Source of the DNA: an uncultured Clostridia bacterium
Lineage (GTDB): Bacteria; Bacillota; Clostridia; TANB77; CAG-508
Length of the DNA: 64,000 bases
Assembly: GCA_944390285.1 (NCBI GenBank)
Contig: CALXPN010000001.1
Coordinates: 133,165-197,164 of the forward strand
Direction of reading: 5' to 3'
Positions 57,774-64,000 of the stretch are shown piece by piece. Under the pieces are notes generated by a model that saw only the letters and a program-made list of their open reading frames with translations, ran no database searches and had not been told where the DNA came from. Position 1 is the stretch's first letter. Each line of letters opens with the position of its first letter. The position numbers were made by a program, and so were the translations under genes.

Positions 57774-58853
57774 TTACTGATTGTTTTTTAATAATTTAAT
57801 AACTGTATAATCTTTTTTACATTTTGTTAAACTCTCACAATTGTTTTTATTAATTTGAAATGTATCCTCTATTCTTATACCAAATTTTCCTTGTTTATAA
57901 ACTCCTGGTTCAATTGTTACAATTGAATTTGCCTTTAAAATATTATCTTTTCTTGAATGTAAACTTGGTATCTCATGTATCTCCAATCCTACTCCATGCC
58001 CAAAAGCATGCATCACATCATAATTTCTTAATTTATAATCTGTTTCTCTATCTTTTATTATCGTTTTTATATTAACTCCTTCTTTAAACATTTCTGCGAC
58101 CTTTTTTTGTTGATCAAAAACAAAATCATAAACTTTTTTATATTCTTCTTTCATTTCTTCAACAAAAACAACTCTTGATAAATCTGAACAATATCCATTA
58201 TATTTAGCACCTATATCAAATTGTATTATATCACCAACTTTTATTTTTCTATCTGTTGGAACTGCATGTGGCATAGAACTATTTTCTCCAAAAGCAACTA
58301 TTGAATCAAATGCTAATCCATCTGCTCCGTTTTGTATCATGAATTTTTGAATTTCAAAAGCTACTTCTTTTTCTGTCATATCCTCTTTTATATTTCTTAT
58401 AATATATTCAAAAGCTTTATCTGTAATTTCACAAGCTTTTTTTATTTTCTCTATTTCATCATTTTCTTTAACAATTCTTTGATTTTCAATCAATCCTTCT
58501 GTCTCGACAAAATTAACCTGATACATTTGCATATATTTTTTATATGTTTCATATGTAACATAGTTTTCTTCAAATCCTACATTTTCACACAATAAAAATA
58601 TATTTTCATAATCATATTTGTCTAAATTTCTAGAATCATAAGCAACAATCTCATCTGCAATTGTTAGTTTTTTATTAACACTTTCTATATATCTACTATC
58701 AGTAACAAAAATATTTTCTTTAGGAGCAAGTATTAAAATTCCTTCTTCTGAAAGTCCTGTTAAATATTGTACATTTATTGGATTGGTAATTATCATACCA
58801 TCTAACTTCATGCCTAATAATTGATCTCTTAACCATTTTATTTTTACATTCAT
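57774..58853 (-). CDS. Xaa-Pro aminopeptidase (M24B, YqhT/PepP-like)
   Basis: Creatinase-like N-domain. M24 metal ligands (DIGAKYNGYCSDLSR; HGVGLEIHE; ...IEPG..), 359 aa. Confidence 0.85.
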   Translation of the reverse strand: MNVKIKWLRDQLLGMKLDGMIITNPINVQYLTGLSEEGILILAPKENIFVTDSRYIESVNKKLTIADEIVAYDSRNLDKYDYENIFLLCENVGFEENYVTYETYKKYMQMYQVNFVETEGLIENQRIVKENDEIEKIKKACEITDKAFEYIIRNIKEDMTEKEVAFEIQKFMIQNGADGLAFDSIVAFGENSSMPHAVPTDRKIKVGDIIQFDIGAKYNGYCSDLSRVVFVEEMKEEYKKVYDFVFDQQKKVAEMFKEGVNIKTIIKDRETDYKLRNYDVMHAFGHGVGLEIHEIPSLHSRKDNILKANSIVTIEPGVYKQGKFGIRIEDTFQINKNNCESLTKCKKDYTVIKLLKNNQ

Positions 58854-58864
58854 ATTAATTCCTC

Positions 58865-59638
58865 CTAAAACATTAAGATTTGATTACTTATTAATTTACA
58901 CATAAATAAGAATTTATCAAATATAACACCTGATGGTAAAAAAATACATATTATTGCTGATATTGCTATAAATGGTCCAAATGCTATATATTCATCTTTT
59001 GTTTTTAAAATTAATAATCTTATGAATAAAATAAAAATAGATATTATTGTCGCAACAATAAATGAAAGTAATGAAATTTCAGCTATACTGTTTACTCCAA
59101 AATATAATCCAAGTGCTCCAATAAATTTAACATCTCCAAGTCCCATTGCCTCTTTTCCAGAAATCAACTTACCAAGTAATGTAATAATACCAAAAATAGC
59201 TACTCCTGCAAACATTCCTAGTATATAATCTTTTGCCATATTCACATTTGTTATACCATAAATAAATGTGAATAAAAGTCCTATTTCAAAAATAGTTAAA
59301 TTCAATCTGTTTGGTATGATTCTATGTTTTATGTCTATTGAAAAAGCTAGAATTAACATTGGAATTAAAAATATGTATTTTATTAAATCAAGATTTTTTA
59401 AAAGTTCATCTTTTTTTATACCAAACTTATATAATAAAATTACATACATAATGGCTGTAATTATCATAAAAATGTAATTACAATAAATCCCTTTTTTGTT
59501 TTCTTCAAAAAAATCTCTACTAAAAATTTTCTTTTTTTCTGGAAGTCTAATATTAGACCATGCTATTAATTTTCCTACTATTAGTCCAAATGCAGCAATA
59601 ACTACATAACCTAATATATGTATATCATTAAAATACAT
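58865..59638 (-). CDS. type IV prepilin peptidase (A24 family)
   Basis: 8 TM. Catalytic Asp contexts AFSIDIKHRIIPN and GLGDVKFIGALG. Confidence 0.8.
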   Translation of the reverse strand: MYFNDIHILGYVVIAAFGLIVGKLIAWSNIRLPEKKKIFSRDFFEENKKGIYCNYIFMIITAIMYVILLYKFGIKKDELLKNLDLIKYIFLIPMLILAFSIDIKHRIIPNRLNLTIFEIGLLFTFIYGITNVNMAKDYILGMFAGVAIFGIITLLGKLISGKEAMGLGDVKFIGALGLYFGVNSIAEISLLSFIVATIISIFILFIRLLILKTKDEYIAFGPFIAISAIICIFLPSGVIFDKFLFMCKLISNQILMF

Positions 59639-59642
59639 TTTT

Positions 59643-60164
59643 TTACCTACCTTGCTTTTTCAAATATTTCTTTATAATTTTCTGTTCTATTGGTCTTTTA
59701 AATCTTGTTATCCATATATCTTTTTCAGCTATGGGCTCTACTAAAATAGAATGCATCTTCATTCTATTTGCTCCTATTACATCAGTAAAAATTTGATCTC
59801 CTACAACGCCTATATTTTCATTCGGAATTTTTAGCATTTTTTGAGCCTTTTTAAATCCACGTTTTAATGGTTTGGTTCCAAATATTATGAAAGGAATTTC
59901 TAAAAACTCAGCAATACTTTTTACTTTTTTTAATTTATTACTATTTGATAAAATAATACATTTTATACCATTTGTTTTCATATCATTATGCCATTTTTTT
60001 AAACCATCAATGATATTCAAATTAAAATCAAGTAATGTGTTATCAACATCTAATATTAATGCTTTTATATTATTATTCTTCAAGTATTCATAAGTTATAT
60101 CTGTAACTTTTTTGCAATATAATTTAGGGTAAATTATCATTATTATTCCTCCAAATTTTTTCAT
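59643..60164 (-). CDS. yqeG: HAD-superfamily phosphatase, YqeG family (subfamily IIIA)
   Basis: KALILDVDNTL motif I, GDQIFTD motif IV, 173 aa. Confidence 0.85.
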   Translation of the reverse strand: MKKFGGIIMIIYPKLYCKKVTDITYEYLKNNNIKALILDVDNTLLDFNLNIIDGLKKWHNDMKTNGIKCIILSNSNKLKKVKSIAEFLEIPFIIFGTKPLKRGFKKAQKMLKIPNENIGVVGDQIFTDVIGANRMKMHSILVEPIAEKDIWITRFKRPIEQKIIKKYLKKQGR

Positions 60165-60233
60165 ATATATATATTATCAATATGTTTAATTTTTGTCAAT
60201 TTCAATTATTACAATTTACCCTAAAGAATATAT

Positions 60234-60902
60234 TTATTTACAAAATATATGTTTACCTATTGTAATAACTTGTGGTCTACTCCATATCCAAGAAGATGTT
60301 GCAGTGTTCGGATTAAAATAATAAATACATCCAGAAGTTGGATCCCAGCCATTTATAGCATCTTGCGCTGCCTTTTTAGCTTGTTCATTTGGTTCTAAAT
60401 TAATTTGTCCATCAGCTACACATGTATAAGCACCTGGTTCATATACAACTCCTGAAATACTTTTAGGAAATCTAGAATCTGCTACTCTATTTAATACTGT
60501 TGCAGCAACAGCAACCATGCCATTATATGGTTCGCCTCTTGCTTCTGCATATACTAGTTTGCTTAATAAGTTTAAATCTGTATTATTGCTTTGAGAACTA
60601 CTATTTTGATTTTCTGTAGAATCTGAAGAAACTATTCCTAAAGCCTGTAACGTCTTCTCTCCAGCAACACCATCAACATTTAGTCCATTTTTTGATTGAA
60701 AATTTTTTACAGCCTCAAAAGTTTCAGAACCATAAATTCCATCCACTTCTCCATTATAATATCCCCATGCCTTTAATTTGTTTTGTATTTGTTTTACTTC
60801 TTCCCCACTAGAGCCATATTTAGATAAAGCAAAACTGATAGAAAATATACTAATTATTATTGTACATATAATAAAAATCATTAATAGAAATTTTATATTC
60901 AT
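60234..60902 (-). CDS. sleB: spore cortex-lytic enzyme SleB-like (PG-binding domain + SleB/CwlJ hydrolase domain)
   Basis: Signal peptide. PG_binding_1 (GSSGEEVKQIQNKLKAWGYYNGEVDGIYG..). Hydrolase_2 (KLVYAEARGEPYNGMVAVAATVLNRV...YTCVADG...). Confidence 0.85.
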   Translation of the reverse strand: MNIKFLLMIFIICTIIISIFSISFALSKYGSSGEEVKQIQNKLKAWGYYNGEVDGIYGSETFEAVKNFQSKNGLNVDGVAGEKTLQALGIVSSDSTENQNSSSQSNNTDLNLLSKLVYAEARGEPYNGMVAVAATVLNRVADSRFPKSISGVVYEPGAYTCVADGQINLEPNEQAKKAAQDAINGWDPTSGCIYYFNPNTATSSWIWSRPQVITIGKHIFCK

Positions 60903-61020
60903 TTATTTCTCCTTTCATAATTTTATAATTAGTATTATTTTACAAAAATATTTTTTTATTCTTTTGTAATTTTTTTGTAATATTGTAACAAAAATGTAAT
61001 TTACTTTTGTTTATATTTCC

Positions 61021-61049
61021 TTGAATTATTTGATATTTATGATTATAAT
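61021..61049 (+). promoter_or_regulatory. consensus sigma-A promoter TTGAAT-17-TATAAT
   Basis: TTGAAT 61021-26, TATAAT 61044-49. RBS TAGGAG before the ATG at 61099. Confidence 0.55.
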
Positions 61050-61098
61050 GAATTAAAGAATATTTCATATTTTAATTTCAGAAATTAGGAGCGTTAAA

Positions 61099-62328
61099 AT
61101 GAATTTATTTGCTGATATTAAATTTAATAATGATATAATTGTAAATCAAGAATGTTCTATTACTTATTCGGGATTCTTATTTAAAAATAATTCTGAATCT
61201 GTGACTATTGTTTTTGGTTTTGATGATGAATGGAATAATACTACAGAACAAGAAATGATAAAAACAGAAAATGGATTTACAGCAAATATTAAAATATTAG
61301 ACTTTCATAATTTTAACTTTTGTTTTAGAAACTCAAATTATGAATGGGATAATAACAATAATAAAAATTATTCTGCTCCTATATCAAAATTAGAAGAAAA
61401 CTTTATAATAAACGAAAATATAATTGAAAATATTCTAGATAATCTTTTAAATACAAATGTACCTGAACCTATTAAAGCTCAAACATTTACTGATACATCA
61501 TTTGAAGTTTTACCAGAAAATACTGTACCTACAAATATTGAAGACTCAATTGGCGAAATAATAGAAGAAACCGAATTAGATAAAGATTTAGATGTTTTAT
61601 TCAGCGATATTTATGAAGATAATAGGAGTGATGAATATATAGATATAAGTAAAAATATTAATGAACAGAAATTCAGTATGGATTCATTAATAGATGAAAT
61701 TCTAACACCAATTATTGAAGCAAATAATATAGACTCTAATATTAATATTGAAGAAACAAATACTCCTGAAGAACCTACATATTCAGATAATTTAACTACC
61801 TATATAGAGGAATTGGATGATAATAGTGAAAAAGTAGATGAAATAATTGATAATTTAGTATCAGAATTATATGAAGTAATAGATACTAATAAGAATTCAC
61901 AAGATGAACAAGAAGAAGCAAATTTTGGTATAAAAGATGATTTTTCTGAAAAAATAATTCAGGATTTAAACAGTAATTCAGAAAATATTTCTTCTCTAAA
62001 AACTGATGAACTAAATATCTCATCAGATATTCCATCATCTTCAAATGAAATATCTTTTACTAATTTATTTGAAGAAGAAACTGAATCTTCTTTACTTGAA
62101 GATATTTCTAACGATTCAAAAGAAGACTTATTTAATAATGAGGAAAAACAAGATGATTCGTTCACAACTGCTTTAACCCCTGTTAATAATATTGATAATT
62201 ATATTGTGAGTCCTAGAAGTTTAGGCAAATTTTATATGTTAAAAAAGAAAATAAAATTAGCTTTTTATAAACTATCCAAATTACCAAAAATTATTTTATC
62301 AAATTTTATTGAATATCCAAACGATTAA
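61099..62328 (+). CDS. acidic low-complexity protein with N-terminal CBM25-like starch/glycogen-binding domain
   Basis: Residues ~20-95: VTIVFGFDDEWNNT...FCFRNSNYEWDNNNNKNYSA matches the CBM25 hallmark (FNDG..WDNNngKNY). Followed by ~300 aa of D/E/N/I-rich sequence. Confidence 0.6.
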   Translation: MNLFADIKFNNDIIVNQECSITYSGFLFKNNSESVTIVFGFDDEWNNTTEQEMIKTENGFTANIKILDFHNFNFCFRNSNYEWDNNNNKNYSAPISKLEENFIINENIIENILDNLLNTNVPEPIKAQTFTDTSFEVLPENTVPTNIEDSIGEIIEETELDKDLDVLFSDIYEDNRSDEYIDISKNINEQKFSMDSLIDEILTPIIEANNIDSNINIEETNTPEEPTYSDNLTTYIEELDDNSEKVDEIIDNLVSELYEVIDTNKNSQDEQEEANFGIKDDFSEKIIQDLNSNSENISSLKTDELNISSDIPSSSNEISFTNLFEEETESSLLEDISNDSKEDLFNNEEKQDDSFTTALTPVNNIDNYIVSPRSLGKFYMLKKKIKLAFYKLSKLPKIILSNFIEYPND

Positions 62329-62368
62329 TAAAAAAAAGCAATTCATTTAAGAATTGCTTTTTTACTTT

Positions 62369-64000
62369 TTAAAATATTCCATCTATTTCGCCTTTTTCAT
62401 TTATTTTGATTTTCTCCGCTGCTGGAATCTCTGGTAATCCTGGCATAGTAAATATTTTTCCAGTTTTCACAACTATAAATTCTGCTCCGTTTTTTACAAT
62501 AACTTCACTTATATGTATTTTAAATGGTTCTTTGCATAATAAATTCTTAGGATTATCAGAAAAAGAATATTGAGTTTTAGCTATACAAATTGGATAATTT
62601 TTATATCCCATTTTTTCAATTCTATCAATTTCCTCTAAAGCTTTTTCTGAATATTCAACACCTTCTGCACCATAAATTTGTTTTGCTACTTTTTCTATTT
62701 TAGCTTTTATAGTATCTTCATCTTCATATACAAAATTAATCTTATTATTTGCTTCTGATAATTTTATAACTTTTTCAGCTAAATCTATTGCTCCTTCTCC
62801 ACCTTTTTGCCAAACTTCTGCTAAACTAAGTTCGATATTTAATTTTTTTAATTTATTTTCTAAAAATTCAATTTCTTTTTCAGAATCATTAGCATACTTA
62901 TTTATAGCAACAATAGGAGTTAATCCATATTTATTTTTTATATTATCTACATGTTTTAAAAGATTTTCTATACCTATTTCTAAAGCTTGTAAATTTTCAT
63001 CTGAACATTCACTTTGTTTTGCTCCACCATGATATTTTAAAGCTTTCAATGTAGCAACACAAACACATACAGTTGGATTTAAATTTGCTTTTCTACATTT
63101 TATATTAATAAATTTTTCAGCACCTAAATCTGCACCAAATCCAGCTTCTGTAATTACATAATCTCCTAATTTTAAAGCAAGTTTAGTTGCCATAACACTA
63201 TTACATCCATGTGCTATATTTGCAAAAGGACCACCATGAACTAATGCTAAATTATGTTCTAAAGTTTGTACAACATTAGGATTTATTGCATCTTTTAATA
63301 ATACTGTTAACGCTCCTTGTGCATTTAAATCTTTTGCAAAAATCGGTTTATCATCTTCATTATAACCAACTATAATATTTCCTATTCTTCTTTCTAAATC
63401 TTTAATATCTTTTGCCAAGCAAAATATAGCCATTATTTCAGATGCAACTGAAATATCAAATCCATCTTTTCTTTTAACCATTTTCTTCTCTTTTGAGAGT
63501 CCTATTTCAATTTCTCTTAATGATCTATCATTAAGATCTAAACATCTTTTCCAAATTACTTCTTTAAATCTTAATTTATTTCCGAAAATATAAATGATTA
63601 TCTATCATTGCAGCTAATAAGTTATTAGCTGTTGTTATGGCATGTATATCTCCTGTAAAATGTAGATTTATATCCACCATTGGAGCAACTTGTGCATACC
63701 CTCCGCCTGTTGCTCCGCCTTTTATTCCAAATACTGGTCCGAAGAGATGGTTCTCTTAATGCTAAAATCGAATTCTTTCCAATTTTATTTAATGCATCAG
63801 ATAATCCAATTGCAACTGTTGTTTTACCTTCTCCTAATGGTGTCGGATTAATTGCAGTTACGAGTACAAGCTTACCATCTTCATTTCCTTTTGTTTTCTC
63901 AATAAAATCATTAGAAATTTTTGCTTTATATTTTCCATAAAGTTCTAAAAATTCTTCCCCTATTCCCTTCTTTTGTGCAACTTCTGTAATTTTTTCTAAT
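62369..64000 (-). pseudogene. fhs: formate--tetrahydrofolate ligase, two single-base frameshifts (near 63737 and 63595); N-terminus beyond window end
   Basis: ORF 62369-63481 holds the Fhs C-terminal two-thirds (GFDISVASEIMAIFCLA..., GGPFANIAHGCNS). Upstream, the minus strand encodes the N-domain ([20 protein letters not shown]) in another frame. Then [49 protein letters not shown] in the third frame. The N-terminus runs beyond the window end at 64000. Confidence 0.8.

Noticed and set aside
63680-63940. 86-aa plus-strand ORF
   Set aside because: Antisense to the fhs N-terminal coding region.
1-64000. Mobile elements, prophage, CRISPR, rRNA, toxin-antitoxin or defence-system genes
   Set aside because: None of the ORF translations show transposase, integrase, recombinase, nuclease, helicase or Cas hallmarks, and no terminal inverted repeats bracketing a gene set were seen.

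Overview
AT-rich (~25% GC) chromosomal segment from a low-GC Gram-positive endospore former, probably Clostridia-like: spoIVA, a gerA-type germinant receptor operon, sleB and a membrane M23 peptidase are present. No rRNA, CRISPR, transposase, integrase or phage genes were seen. The first ~20 kb is one co-directional (minus-strand) cell-wall glycopolymer locus. It carries dTDP-rhamnose synthesis (rmlB, rmlC, rmlA, rmlD), galE, glmU, a GT2 and two giant paralogous GT2-GT4 fusion glycosyltransferases with C-terminal coiled coils, a Wzm/Wzt (TagG/TagH-type) ABC exporter whose ATPase has a C-terminal extra domain, and a methyltransferase with a C-terminal coiled coil. This is the architecture of end-capped, chain-length-regulated ABC-transporter-dependent polysaccharides (E. 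coli O8/O9a WbdD/Wzt; Geobacillus S-layer rhamnan WsaE). The rest is housekeeping (bipA/typA, plsC, cmk, alpha-glucan phosphorylase, cdd, dxs, acyl-CoA ligase, YknXYZ/MacAB-like efflux, efp, pepP, tRNA-Trp, yqeG, prepilin peptidase, fhs) interleaved with uncharacterised items. These include a P-loop NTPase-Asp23 fusion preceded by four small membrane/secreted proteins, two giant acidic low-complexity proteins (one with a CBM25-like starch/glycogen-binding N-domain), a 4-gene sortase operon whose substrate has a non-canonical LLYTG sorting signal, and two small-gene cassettes with consensus sigma-A promoters and elevated GC. Three conserved genes carry single-base frame disruptions: gerAA (one), fhs (two) and the start region of the M23 peptidase. 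This suggests either indel-prone assembly or gene decay.
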